Virus record (IMG/VR): IMGVR_UViG_3300044742_000342
Span: 1-58,875 of that record
Strand: one strand, 5' to 3'
DNA from: a virus
Taxonomy: Duplodnaviria > Caudoviricetes
Length of the DNA: 58,875 bases
This document shows positions 18,694 to 28,513 of this stretch, one piece after another. Numbering within the stretch: position 1 is the stretch's first letter; every line of letters starts with the position of its first letter. Both the position numbers and the translations under genes were made by a program. The notes beneath the pieces are model-generated. The model was given only the letters and a program-made list of their open reading frames with translations. It had not been told where the DNA came from and made no database searches.

Positions 18694-20277
18694 TCACTCC
18701 GGCATGCTCCACTTCAGGATTGCCGTCTTGCGCAGAATGTAGAAACCGCTGTGGACGATCGAGGTATAGTCTCCGGTGCCCCCACTCGCGGTAAGCGGGT
18801 CCGCCGGTTGGACGAAATTAGGAACGCCGAGCACCACCTCGCCAATCTTCTCCGTCCCGATCGTCTCCCCGTCCGATTCCAGTGATAGCGAGTCGAGCAG
18901 TCCCCACGCGCGGAAGTTTAGCCCAGTCGCGTTAGGGTCAAAGTCATTTACAACGCGGTCTGGCCAGTCAGCCGCCATGTCCTCGTCCGGGTCGTCCACG
19001 TCCACAACTCCCCACCCGTAAAAGTCTGCAGTTGCCGAGAGGAGAGTCGGGTATCCGCTGATTTTGACGTAAGAGTACGCGCCATCGCCGCTCAGCGGCC
19101 CGACGGAGCCGTTGTCGTCGGAGAGCAGTCCTCCGCTCGCCGCCCCGCTGATAATGCTCTGGTATGGAATCTGATTATCAACCGCGACGATGACGGGGAG
19201 TGGAGGATATTCGCCCGTGATGTAGGTCATCGCAGCAGACCACGCATCGTCGTAAGTCGCGTTAGCCTGGCCCGGTCCCCAAAACTCCCCAATGTTCGTC
19301 GCGTTGCGGCTGCCCGCAGCTACGTTGTTTTCGCCCTTATTTGTCCAGGTAAAGCCTGCTAGCGTCCATTGCAGCTCATCAATGGCGGCGTTGATTTGCT
19401 CAAAGATCCACGCCCCAAGGTAGTCGTCTTTCATGAACCTGCCGTAGCGCTTCACCACGCTGGGCTGGATGTTCTTTTTGTCGGCGGGGAATTCGCTGCC
19501 CGTGCGCACGTCGATCCCGTCAGATACAGCCCATTCACCATCCAGGTTGGCGTATACCTCGCCAAAGTGCTGGTCGATAATCGACCAGGTTGAACCATCC
19601 ACGACATTCTCCGCCGGTTCAAACCAGATAGAGGTGTCGTCGCTGTGGGTGACGGTTACTTCGAGAGGCTCGCCTCCGCCCGGTGGGGTAATGGTAATCG
19701 TTCGCCCCCGCCACTTGTTCAGCTCGTGCAGAGGTTCGCGGATGCGGTAGTCACAACTCGCAGCGCTGAAAGGCATCGCTAAATCCCAGCCGATCGTCGC
19801 GCCTGTGTGACTCGTGATCGGCCGCTTGTGCCAGATTGGCGGATCGGAGTCCGGTTCGAGCACTTCGACCATGTGACCGAGCCATCGTCCGCGCTCCGGA
19901 TGGGTCCAGAAGCTGCTGGCAGCTTTACTGCTGTCGGTTAGACTCAAGCTGCTTCCTCCACTGGCGACACCGGTGTGGGTGATGAGCACTCCGCCCCAGA
20001 AGTCCTGGCCGGTGTCGATCAGATAGCCGTTGCCGCCTGAAGTAACCGTTCCTGAGATGTCCACGCCCTGCGGCCCCGTCAGGCTTAAGCCGTCGGGATC
20101 GTGGCCGGTCCAGAAGACGTCGGCGTCACCGATCAGCGTTGGGTCGTTGTGGTTGTCCCCAATCAGACGCGCCAGTCCCGCGACGGCACCACCGTCTAGT
20201 AGCAGGAGGGTGAGCTGCTCCGACGTTAGATCAGAAAGGTGATCAAGGCTTAGTGATCGTAGGGCAAGTGGGATCAT
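18694..20277 (-). CDS. Tail tip/baseplate-associated protein
   Basis: Position in the tail module; acidic, beta-rich. Confidence 0.55.
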   Translation of the reverse strand: MIPLALRSLSLDHLSDLTSEQLTLLLLDGGAVAGLARLIGDNHNDPTLIGDADVFWTGHDPDGLSLTGPQGVDISGTVTSGGNGYLIDTGQDFWGGVLITHTGVASGGSSLSLTDSSKAASSFWTHPERGRWLGHMVEVLEPDSDPPIWHKRPITSHTGATIGWDLAMPFSAASCDYRIREPLHELNKWRGRTITITPPGGGEPLEVTVTHSDDTSIWFEPAENVVDGSTWSIIDQHFGEVYANLDGEWAVSDGIDVRTGSEFPADKKNIQPSVVKRYGRFMKDDYLGAWIFEQINAAIDELQWTLAGFTWTNKGENNVAAGSRNATNIGEFWGPGQANATYDDAWSAAMTYITGEYPPLPVIVAVDNQIPYQSIISGAASGGLLSDDNGSVGPLSGDGAYSYVKISGYPTLLSATADFYGWGVVDVDDPDEDMAADWPDRVVNDFDPNATGLNFRAWGLLDSLSLESDGETIGTEKIGEVVLGVPNFVQPADPLTASGGTGDYTSIVHSGFYILRKTAILKWSMPE

Positions 20278-21848
20278 GGCTCAATGCTAATTGCATCCGG
20301 CCCATCGGAGTTGGGACTGAACGGACTAGGACGGTGCCCGCGACGGTCGTACTCGGCATAGCGCGTGCTCTTGGGGCGCGTGCTCCAGTTGCCAGTGCGA
20401 TTGTTGTCCTCTTCGTCGTCCTCCTCGGGGATCAGCGGCGCATCATCGTTGGCCCGAGTCCAACAGGTCTTGTCATACATGTAACGAAATCGCCGTGGAA
20501 TGTACCGAGTCCAACCCGGCGACAAAATGCCGGAAGGAGATCCGCCATCGAAATACCAATCGTCGTCTCCGTTTACACCCACCAGATGGCCATCTTCGGT
20601 GAGTTCTGTGGTGCCAGATGTCAGCAGCACGTTATCATGGCTGAAGATTGCGTAATCGACCGGGACGGTGAAGCCGTTGCCGGTGCCTAGCAGGATCACG
20701 CTGGTTTCGATTTCCTCATCCTCTTCGGCAGTCACGCCGAAAGTGTGTGAGTTGATGCCAGCGGCCTGCCAGCCCTCTGCCTTCACCATTGTGCGGATGT
20801 CCCCTTCGTAAGCTTCGTACGAGCGCATGTACACGAAATTCACGACGAAGCCTTCGGTGCCGATCTGCGCGCCACGCGGCGACTTATACAACTTCGGGTT
20901 GTAGGATTTGTCGGGCGGAAGTGGCGGATCATCCAAATCGGCGTCGATGTCTGTCCAGAGATCGTTATCGAACAATTGAACAGGATCTTCCCCCAGAGCC
21001 AGAACGGTATCTTCCACGGGAGAAAGTGTTCCGCCCAACGAGTGGTCAGGAAGGTGCGTCTCCACAAACTCAGGCTCGCTACGTGACCACACCCACATCG
21101 GATGATTCGGCCCTGGATGCCAAAGGGCACCGCTGGCCACGATGTTGAATTCCGTATCTATTCCAGGCTCGGGGGATGCAAGCGGGATGAATAGGCGAGT
21201 GGCGTCGCTGTCTGCGATTGCAACTCGAACAAGCTCGCCGCTGGACGTGTAGAGTAAGTCAAAGCCAATCCATGCGCCGTCCGACCAATCCGTAGAGCCG
21301 CGCCGACTGCCGGCATCCGTAATAATCCGGTAGGTCGCGTCCGTGTCCAGGGCTTCCACGGTGCCACTAAAGCGAGAATGGCGCGGCCAAATCGGAATGC
21401 GCTCATGCCACCAAAGCCCGTCGTAGCCAAAGCCCGAGCCGCCAGTAGTGGACTTGGAAATGATGTAATAGTGTTTGCCGACCAAATCGGAGGCGCTGTC
21501 GATGTGTCCAAACGTAATCCACTGCGCAATTACGCCAATGGTGAGCGTGTCGCTGGTGTTGGCGCTGATCCCTAGATGAACGAATTGGTACGGGTCGTCG
21601 TTGCTGCCGCTCAAATCTACGATAACGTCATAGAAAGCGGGTCCACCGCCGCTCCAGTCGCTCCATCTGTTCGCTTCCCAGGTCTTTATGCTGTCTGTCA
21701 GCGTCGTGGCGGTCGCTGCGGTAATCGTCCCGGTGTCCCACTGATGCGACGTGCGCGGCCAGCGCGCTTCGTTGTTGACCGCCTGGTTGCGGTACCAGAG
21801 CCGTCGGCAGATCGCAAAAAGATTCTCCCACTTCCAGTCGAACGCCAT
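20274..21848 (-). CDS. Tail tip-associated protein
   Basis: Position; GT-x-TAAT-x-TTLTD...W beta motifs similar to the neighbouring gene. Confidence 0.55.
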   Translation of the reverse strand: MAFDWKWENLFAICRRLWYRNQAVNNEARWPRTSHQWDTGTITAATATTLTDSIKTWEANRWSDWSGGGPAFYDVIVDLSGSNDDPYQFVHLGISANTSDTLTIGVIAQWITFGHIDSASDLVGKHYYIISKSTTGGSGFGYDGLWWHERIPIWPRHSRFSGTVEALDTDATYRIITDAGSRRGSTDWSDGAWIGFDLLYTSSGELVRVAIADSDATRLFIPLASPEPGIDTEFNIVASGALWHPGPNHPMWVWSRSEPEFVETHLPDHSLGGTLSPVEDTVLALGEDPVQLFDNDLWTDIDADLDDPPLPPDKSYNPKLYKSPRGAQIGTEGFVVNFVYMRSYEAYEGDIRTMVKAEGWQAAGINSHTFGVTAEEDEEIETSVILLGTGNGFTVPVDYAIFSHDNVLLTSGTTELTEDGHLVGVNGDDDWYFDGGSPSGILSPGWTRYIPRRFRYMYDKTCWTRANDDAPLIPEEDDEEDNNRTGNWSTRPKSTRYAEYDRRGHRPSPFSPNSDGPDAISIEP

Positions 21849-21850
21849 GG

Positions 21851-22417
21851 CTAATCTCCTTCCCCCAGCAGGGAGCTGGCCTGGGGCATGTCCCAGGCAG
21901 CGACGTTGTCGGCGACCATCATGTGCACCTGACCTTGCCGGGTACCACGAGACTCGAAGCCTCCACCTAGTCCTAGTACTATCAGCTTGTTGTTAACGTT
22001 GCGATCAACAACCTTTCCGCCTACAATAGCACCAGCCTCCAGAGAGCTCTCCCCAGTCGCGATATCCGGAATAAACCATATAATCAGATCTTCTACTTCA
22101 GAAAGCACTCCCAGATTCGCCTCGATCAAGTCGCCAGTCGCGTCCAGGTTAGGTACACCACTAAATGACTTAGCATTATATCGGCCTGCCTGTCCAGAAA
22201 CCTGGCTGGTTACCTTGCCAAAAACGAGAACCTGACGCTTCCCTATCTCTGGGGATAGTGCAACACTCGTACCGCCGTCTGGCGATGTTGTAACAATGAC
22301 TTGGCCGTCTCCTATCATTGGAGTCAGCTGACGAAGCCGTGCAGAATGGCTAGTTAAAGCGCCTGCTGAGGCTTTCTTGCCTGGTGTGAAATTACCAAAG
22401 TCGTGTCCTTGAATCAT
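21851..22417 (-). CDS. Putative minor tail protein
   Basis: Coupled ORF downstream of the tape measure. Confidence 0.5.
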   Translation of the reverse strand: MIQGHDFGNFTPGKKASAGALTSHSARLRQLTPMIGDGQVIVTTSPDGGTSVALSPEIGKRQVLVFGKVTSQVSGQAGRYNAKSFSGVPNLDATGDLIEANLGVLSEVEDLIIWFIPDIATGESSLEAGAIVGGKVVDRNVNNKLIVLGLGGGFESRGTRQGQVHMMVADNVAAWDMPQASSLLGEGD

Positions 22418-23244
22418 TAGGTGCCTACTCCAAAAACGGTTGCAAAGTTCTGCATTTCATACAAACCCACAGCTACAAAGCCGTTCGAAGTGATCATGGA
22501 CGTTGTATATGCTGTGTTCACCGCAGCCTGAACGAGTGCCGGATTAATATCGCGAGGTGGGCGTCCGGTTTCGTCAATAAAGAAGGCGTAGCTTTTCCAA
22601 TCCCGATGAACTTTGCTGATGAACGACGCCGACACCTTTATTTTGCTAGGTTCGCCAGAACTCGCCTCAGCTCCTACACCCGCGCAAAGCCAGTAACCCA
22701 CCGGCTTGCTGAACCATGTGGCATTGTTCACAGCCCCCACCGCGTTTAGGACCGTCTCACTCGGTCGCACAGAGAGCGTGGCCTGAAGGACGAGTGATCT
22801 CATCGGCTCAAACTTGTTGAATCGCGGATAATCAACAATTGTATTAGTAGCACTCGGCGGTAGATAGTTCACATCAATGGGTATGCCACTAACGTCTAGC
22901 TGCGTTTGTTCTTGTGTCAGTGATGTCTCGTCCCTAACATACCAGCTTGTCTGCGGGAAGAAATCAAATTCCAACGCAAGTGTCTCGTACTTCACACGGA
23001 CAATGGCTGTGTCCCAGAACTGCCCATAGATAGACCGACCAGTCACGATCAGATCGGGATGACTAACATCATATGCTTCTCCCATTATAGGCATGCCAGC
23101 GTCTTCAAGGAGTGCAATGAGTGTTGCCCTAGGGACCGTTCTGTCAAGACCCTGAGCCAATGCACCACGTACTACCGCCAGGTTATTGCGACCTTGCTCA
23201 ATGATCGCGTCGCGAGGACGTTCCCATTTGAACGTTGCAGGCAT
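22417..23244 (-). CDS. Putative distal tail protein
   Basis: First gene after the tape measure; GAVNNATW motif. Confidence 0.5.
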   Translation of the reverse strand: MPATFKWERPRDAIIEQGRNNLAVVRGALAQGLDRTVPRATLIALLEDAGMPIMGEAYDVSHPDLIVTGRSIYGQFWDTAIVRVKYETLALEFDFFPQTSWYVRDETSLTQEQTQLDVSGIPIDVNYLPPSATNTIVDYPRFNKFEPMRSLVLQATLSVRPSETVLNAVGAVNNATWFSKPVGYWLCAGVGAEASSGEPSKIKVSASFISKVHRDWKSYAFFIDETGRPPRDINPALVQAAVNTAYTTSMITSNGFVAVGLYEMQNFATVFGVGT

Positions 23245-23252
23245 AGCCTCTC

Positions 23253-26090
23253 CTAGTTAGCCAAACCGCCAAACTCCTTGTCCACGATCCGCTGAAGCAG
23301 TCCTTCAATTGTTTTAACAGCTGTTGCAATATCCTGCTGGCCATTGGCTTCCACACCAAAGGCCATGTTAGGAGCGTTACCTTCCACTGCCCGATACCGA
23401 TCGAAGATCTGTTGCTTCTCGAACTGCAGGGCGAGTCTCAAATTCATACGGGCATCGGCTGCTTCCTCCGGCCTGTCGCTGCGCATCAGATCCCTAATCG
23501 TTTGTTCACCCTGCCCAGCTAAAGCTGTAGCTGAAGCAGCCAAAGGACTGCGACCGAGTAAGAACTCCAGCCCTGTTCGTTGATAGGACAATCGGGACTT
23601 GATATCTTGCGTAGTGTCACCGAACTGCTGCTGAGTCAGCGCCTCGATCGTATCAAACATGTCCTGAGTCTCGACAACCTGCTGCGCGTGAGACGGACCC
23701 AGGGGTATAGCATTCAATGCCAACTTCCTCTGAGTTTTTACACGAGCAAGCTGAGCGCCAAGGCTATCTCTGGAGAGCAACAGTCGATTTGCTTCGGTTT
23801 GACCTGTTATCTCCAGAGATTGCTGCCCTCGTTCGAAGGCTGTATTGGCATTGAATTCAGCCATTCGTGCCTCGGCGACTTTCGTGATGTTGTCCATTGC
23901 GTCCTTGTCCCCGACATGCTGGGCCATTTGGACAGCGGCATCGGCCAGGATTTGTGCCCTACCAGCCTCCTCGAATCTCCGCTGGGCGCGGAATCCCGAA
24001 ACAATAACCTGGCCACCAGCGTCGAGATCCTGGACATGCTGTTGACGTGTCAGTGAGTACTCAAGCTGCTGTCGTTCCTTGACCTGAGCTGCTTGGACCT
24101 GCGGCAGATTTTGGGGAGCATTTCTAATCACATCTCGGAGCTCGATGTCCTGCGTGTCTTGTAGGGACTGTCTCGCTAAGTCCTTGGGTGATCCGAAAAT
24201 AAGAGCAGCCGCCCGTAGGCCATAGCCGAACACAATGTCGTCGTTGTCTTTCACTCTCTCAGCCCGTTCAAACTGTCTTTGTCGCTCAACCTCGGCAATC
24301 TGTGCGTTGATGGATGTCATTCGGTTCCGCATTGCAACTTGAGCACCTTCGTCGCTGATCACAGGGACTCTAGCATTATAGCCTTGATAGTCTGTGAACT
24401 GCTCCCAATAAGTCTGTGGACGACTTACAGCTAGACTTGTTCCTAATCCGCCTCTCTCCTCAATCAACTTACGGACCTGTTCAGCAGCAGCAGCGTCTGC
24501 TCTGATGTCGGTAACTGCCATTCGTCCTAGAGGTGTAGCAGTTCTTATTGCGTCAGCTAGTTTAACCGATCTATAAGCATCGCTGGTCGCCATCTGGTTG
24601 GTGATTCGAACTTCCTGCATTCTGGATAAATCACGGACTGAAGACGGTCCAACACCAAATGCGTCCAAAGCCATGCCAAATGGCTGGCTGAACACACCGC
24701 CGAACAATTGATCAACTCCCTGCGATGTGACGTGGAGTCGTTCTAGGTCAGACCCTGCTAAAGCACTGTCAATTTCCATTCGTCGAGCGATTTGCTGTGC
24801 TCTGCCTGCTTCCCATAAAGCAAAGACAATTGAGTAGTAGTACGCACGACTTAAACCGCCCATACTACGTCTACCTCTGGCATTTGGACCGTCTGAGCTA
24901 AGATCAACAGTCCTTAGTCCTGGTAAACCACCACCTCCCTGAAATCCAAGCAAAGGTGGACCCCCACCGCCGCCCGATCCACCGCCGCCTGGAGGACCCT
25001 CCAGCAACCCACCCCCTGGTCGAGAAGATATGAATTCTCCTTCGAAGTCGCCCGTCACTGGATTATAACCGCCCCCACCCGGCAGAAATCGTGGGCCACC
25101 ACCCGGCAGAATTGGAATGTATCCCCCAAATCCTCCTCCAGCGCCTCCGCCTCCAGTATATGCTCCGCTGCCACCCCCAGTTGCCGAAACAATACCCGTT
25201 AATCGGGCTAGAGCAGTTCCGAGGTTATCAGCCTCTTGCTGAACCGCGCCGAAATCGACATCCCTACCCCTACCAGTACGAGCTAAATCCATAGAGTTGG
25301 AGTAGCCCTGTGGGAAGCTGGGTCTTATCTGCTCAGGATGCAAATTCATGTACGACGAACCAGGACCTTCGACTGTGTTATCGTATACAAGAGCATCATA
25401 TCCGCTGGACACCAGCTCTTGCCTGATCCTATCCCACCCCCTTTTCTCTGACACACCTGAAAACCACCCAGAGCCCAAACTCTCATCACCTATATCAGAT
25501 AGGTCTTTACCCTTGTGAGGTTTAACACCCTTTATAATCCGATTAAATTGAGTTCCAGATATTGCACCAGTTTCTAGTAGTTGCCTCGCGACCGCACCCC
25601 ACCAGTTTTCGCCTGTGTCTTCAATTCTCGCAGCTTTGTTATACGAGAACTCCACGGGATAGATTCTCATACGACTGCCCCATTGAAAGTCGTCCTCAGA
25701 GCCTATATCCCCATAGTTCTTTTCTAGACCGCTTGCTTGAATAGGTGTGCCGAAATGACTGAATGGCCGCCATTCAGCAATATCTTTTCTTGATCTCGTT
25801 CCATGGAATAACTGAACTCGATTTGCATATCCGACAGCAGGAGGACCGGGCAAATAAATTACCGGTCTAGAGTCCTTAGGACCATACGAATCGTAACCGT
25901 CATCACCAACCGGTCTACTCTCCCCCGGCGCAGGCAAAACTGCCCGAGCCATGGGACCGCCGATCTGCGCACGTCCTTCCATAGAAAACGTCATACCCCC
26001 GGCGAGGTTGGCCTCTCTCCGGCGAGCTTCCTCGTCGAATACAGTCCAATCTCCGATCACCTTAATTACAAGTGGTTCTTCTTCAGGCAT
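23253..26090 (-). CDS. Tape measure protein with N-terminal ADP-ribosyltransferase-like domain
   Basis: Follows the chaperone; helical Ala/Gln/Arg-rich C-terminal half; LFHGT/HFGT/GYDALVYDN-x-x-EG domain; Gly-rich linker. Confidence 0.75.
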   Translation of the reverse strand: MPEEEPLVIKVIGDWTVFDEEARRREANLAGGMTFSMEGRAQIGGPMARAVLPAPGESRPVGDDGYDSYGPKDSRPVIYLPGPPAVGYANRVQLFHGTRSRKDIAEWRPFSHFGTPIQASGLEKNYGDIGSEDDFQWGSRMRIYPVEFSYNKAARIEDTGENWWGAVARQLLETGAISGTQFNRIIKGVKPHKGKDLSDIGDESLGSGWFSGVSEKRGWDRIRQELVSSGYDALVYDNTVEGPGSSYMNLHPEQIRPSFPQGYSNSMDLARTGRGRDVDFGAVQQEADNLGTALARLTGIVSATGGGSGAYTGGGGAGGGFGGYIPILPGGGPRFLPGGGGYNPVTGDFEGEFISSRPGGGLLEGPPGGGGSGGGGGPPLLGFQGGGGLPGLRTVDLSSDGPNARGRRSMGGLSRAYYYSIVFALWEAGRAQQIARRMEIDSALAGSDLERLHVTSQGVDQLFGGVFSQPFGMALDAFGVGPSSVRDLSRMQEVRITNQMATSDAYRSVKLADAIRTATPLGRMAVTDIRADAAAAEQVRKLIEERGGLGTSLAVSRPQTYWEQFTDYQGYNARVPVISDEGAQVAMRNRMTSINAQIAEVERQRQFERAERVKDNDDIVFGYGLRAAALIFGSPKDLARQSLQDTQDIELRDVIRNAPQNLPQVQAAQVKERQQLEYSLTRQQHVQDLDAGGQVIVSGFRAQRRFEEAGRAQILADAAVQMAQHVGDKDAMDNITKVAEARMAEFNANTAFERGQQSLEITGQTEANRLLLSRDSLGAQLARVKTQRKLALNAIPLGPSHAQQVVETQDMFDTIEALTQQQFGDTTQDIKSRLSYQRTGLEFLLGRSPLAASATALAGQGEQTIRDLMRSDRPEEAADARMNLRLALQFEKQQIFDRYRAVEGNAPNMAFGVEANGQQDIATAVKTIEGLLQRIVDKEFGGLAN

Positions 26091-26364
26091 CGGGATCCAC
26101 TTTCTGGGGATAGAGGTGTGGGAAATTCATCTCAACAATTAACCGCGCATTGAGTTCGTCCAGTCTCAGCTGATTGTACGTGTCGTCCGTGGCATTCGAG
26201 TTCACTAAGCCGGCGATTTGATGGGCTGAACGGAGGCGGTACTCGAAGACCGGGACGGTCCACTTTCTCCACGTGCCAGATCCGTAGAGAGCTTCGACGG
26301 TGGCGATGTCTCTCGCCCAGTTTCTTGCGATTTGGGCGCATCGGTTGTCCCGGTAGATGTCAAA
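26083..26364 (-). CDS. Frameshifted extension of the tail assembly chaperone (gpGT-like)
   Basis: -1 frame open for 93 codons from AAACCCTTTG to a TGA overlapping the tape measure start; not in the ORF track. Confidence 0.75.
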   Translation of the reverse strand, partial: FDIYRDNRCAQIARNWARDIATVEALYGSGTWRKWTVPVFEYRLRSAHQIAGLVNSNATDDTYNQLRLDELNARLIVEMNFPHLYPQKVDPDA

Positions 26365-26840
26365 GGGTTTTCACCCCCGTTCTCAGACAGCTTAGACACA
26401 GGCGTTGGATCTCGCATTGAGTTCTCCACGAGATCGGCGATCGCCCACGCAATGCCGGCAGAACGACCTGCTCCGTTGATCTTCACGAGCTGCTGGATCT
26501 CCTCCAGAGAGAGGCTCGGCAGTTCAGGTCCTGGAGTGTTGTCGGGATTGCGTTTGAACGCCTTTGCAGTTGACAAACGGGTAGTCAGGATCCGCTTGAA
26601 ACCCTCGGGTGTGAGGACGAGTTTGCGCATCTCGTTAATGTCCGGAGGTATCGGAGGGTAGAACTGTTTGAACTCCGCCTTGCGCGTATCGTCCAGGTCT
26701 TTGATCGCTTCTTCAGTCCTTGCGGAGGCGATCTCATTCGACCATTGAATAAAATAATCCATGTCGCATCGTTCGACATGGAGTACTTTATCTCCAAGGA
26801 CCACGATAATAGGTGCTGCTGTTGCTTGCAGGAAAAACAT
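26205..26840 (-). CDS. Tail assembly chaperone (gpG-like)
   Basis: Lies between tail tube and tape measure; contains a slippery site. Confidence 0.75.
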   Translation of the reverse strand: MFFLQATAAPIIVVLGDKVLHVERCDMDYFIQWSNEIASARTEEAIKDLDDTRKAEFKQFYPPIPPDINEMRKLVLTPEGFKRILTTRLSTAKAFKRNPDNTPGPELPSLSLEEIQQLVKINGAGRSAGIAWAIADLVENSMRDPTPVSKLSENGGENPLTSTGTTDAPKSQETGRETSPPSKLSTDLARGESGPSRSSSTASVQPIKSPA

Positions 26841-26873
26841 AGTGCTCCTTTGCGGGAGAACGGGTTTAGAAGG

Positions 26874-27278
26874 TTACGGACCCGGCACAACGTCCCAGGT
26901 CACAGTATACGCTGCTTTGGAAATGAAGCGGCCACCTATCCGCATGTTTTGGTTCACCATACGATCGGCGGAAGCTTCAGTAAAATTGGCCTGTAGAGTG
27001 ATTGTACAGCCGACGCTATACGTTGCGACTACAGCGACGTTCTGAGGTGCAGGAATTAGTGGCCCGGAGATTGTGATCTCCTTCTTACCAATTCCTGTCA
27101 GTTCACCCACCAGCTGACTGCGGCCTGGTTCTTGATCCGCCGTACCTTCGATGGAAAACGTATCCGCGTTTGTCATTTCAGTGACTTCACGGATACGGAA
27201 CATGTCGAGTAGCGTCGCATATAGAACACCGGCAATGCTGAAATTGGCAGTGCCATCCTTGCCGTTAATGACTCCCAT
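26874..27278 (-). CDS. Major tail tube protein, copy 2
   Basis: G-x-DG N-terminus, beta-rich, position; ~86% identical to copy 1. Confidence 0.7.
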   Translation of the reverse strand: MGVINGKDGTANFSIAGVLYATLLDMFRIREVTEMTNADTFSIEGTADQEPGRSQLVGELTGIGKKEITISGPLIPAPQNVAVVATYSVGCTITLQANFTEASADRMVNQNMRIGGRFISKAAYTVTWDVVPGP

Positions 27279-27322
27279 AGGAATCTCCTATCAGCCAAGG
27301 CCTATCCACTGACGTGGTTAGG

Positions 27323-27721
27323 CTATGGGGTCTTGTCCCAGGTTACTATATACGCCGCTTTAGAGATAAACCTGCCGCCGATGCGCATGTTCTGGTTAAC
27401 CATACGATCAGCACTGGCCTCAGTGAAATTGACATTCATAGTGATGAAGCAACCAGTACTGTATGTAGCCACGACAGCCACATTCTGCGGCGCAGGAATA
27501 AGGGGTCCGGAAATGGCGAGATCCTTCTTGCCGATGCCCGTCAGCTCTCCCACAAGCTGGCTTCTACCGGGTTCCTGATCAGCAGTACCTTCAATGGAAA
27601 AGGTATCGGCATTAGTCATCTCAGTAACCTCCCGGATACGGAACATATCCAGGAGTGTCCTCTGGGAAACAGTTGCGATTAAGAAGTCGGCTGTTCCGTC
27701 TCTGCCGTTGATCACTCCCAT
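27323..27721 (-). CDS. Major tail tube protein, copy 1
   Basis: As for copy 2. Confidence 0.7.
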   Translation of the reverse strand: MGVINGRDGTADFLIATVSQRTLLDMFRIREVTEMTNADTFSIEGTADQEPGRSQLVGELTGIGKKDLAISGPLIPAPQNVAVVATYSTGCFITMNVNFTEASADRMVNQNMRIGGRFISKAAYIVTWDKTP

Positions 27722-27733
27722 GTTAAATCCTTT

Positions 27734-28180
27734 CTAACCATCGTAGCCGCCGCTTTCGCTACCGGCCACTGGGTCGTCTGCATTCCCCCTAAAGTAGTCG
27801 CGGGCGAGCCTAAGAAAATCGGATCTGATGTACCGATTTATCACTCTCCGAGCTGGCTCCCAGAAAGGCCGTGGGTCCATCTTGAAGGTCCCATTTTCAA
27901 GCCATATGCCGTGGGGAGCGATCTTGCTATCCTGATAGATAGTGAGATCGGCGACATTCTTAGCACGAGCTCGTACTCGGTATTTGATACTTCGCCAGAG
28001 CCTGCTGAACTCCCTACGGGGTGGTTCGCCGGGATCAGAACGGATTGTTAGCGTTCCAATGTGCTGAACCCGCACATTAATCGAATCACGTATCATAGCA
28101 ACGCCCCGCTTGCCGAGCTCGTTCAAGGCGAGCCTGATAGCACGTTTAGCCCTGCCAGATGCGTTGTCAGCGAATCCCAC
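27734..28180 (-). CDS. HK97 gp10-like tail completion protein
   Basis: S-x-PGEPP...L-x-x-SI, LENGT-x-KM-x-PRPF-x-x-PA. Confidence 0.8.
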   Translation of the reverse strand: MGFADNASGRAKRAIRLALNELGKRGVAMIRDSINVRVQHIGTLTIRSDPGEPPRREFSRLWRSIKYRVRARAKNVADLTIYQDSKIAPHGIWLENGTFKMDPRPFWEPARRVINRYIRSDFLRLARDYFRGNADDPVAGSESGGYDG

Positions 28181-28237
28181 GGTTTTTAACTCCTAGGCCA
28201 CACTTTTCCCGGTTGTGCCCGCCAAAACCCCTATAAA

Positions 28238-28513
28238 TCATTGGGGGGGCGTTATCGCGGGTTTGTGAGCCCGCTCAGTCGCAGCTTTCGCCGCAGACTT
28301 CTTTCCGAGGGCAACAGCCTCGTCGAAGGTCTTCGGACCCTGGTCATTAGGGAGCTCCACGACCTCGATATTACGAGCGTCGGGAAACAAATTGAACTGC
28401 TTGTAATGGGCTACGAGGCTTTCGGGAGTATGCAGTCCACCACCCACAGACGCCCTTTTTTCCTTGACGTTTCCGTCTTTGTCCGTAACACGGACCATCC
28501 AATACTGAGGCAT
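28238..28513 (-). CDS. Hypothetical protein
   Basis: TAATG coupling. Confidence 0.6.
   Translation of the reverse strand: MPQYWMVRVTDKDGNVKEKRASVGGGLHTPESLVAHYKQFNLFPDARNIEVVELPNDQGPKTFDEAVALGKKSAAKAATERAHKPAITPPQ

Noticed and set aside
26132-26341. Track ORF as the chaperone extension
   Set aside because: Wrong frame; the -1 frame ending at 26083 fits the slippery site
26874-27721. Assembly duplication or DGR template/variable repeat
   Set aside because: Copies differ at most synonymous sites rather than specifically at adenines; no reverse transcriptase present
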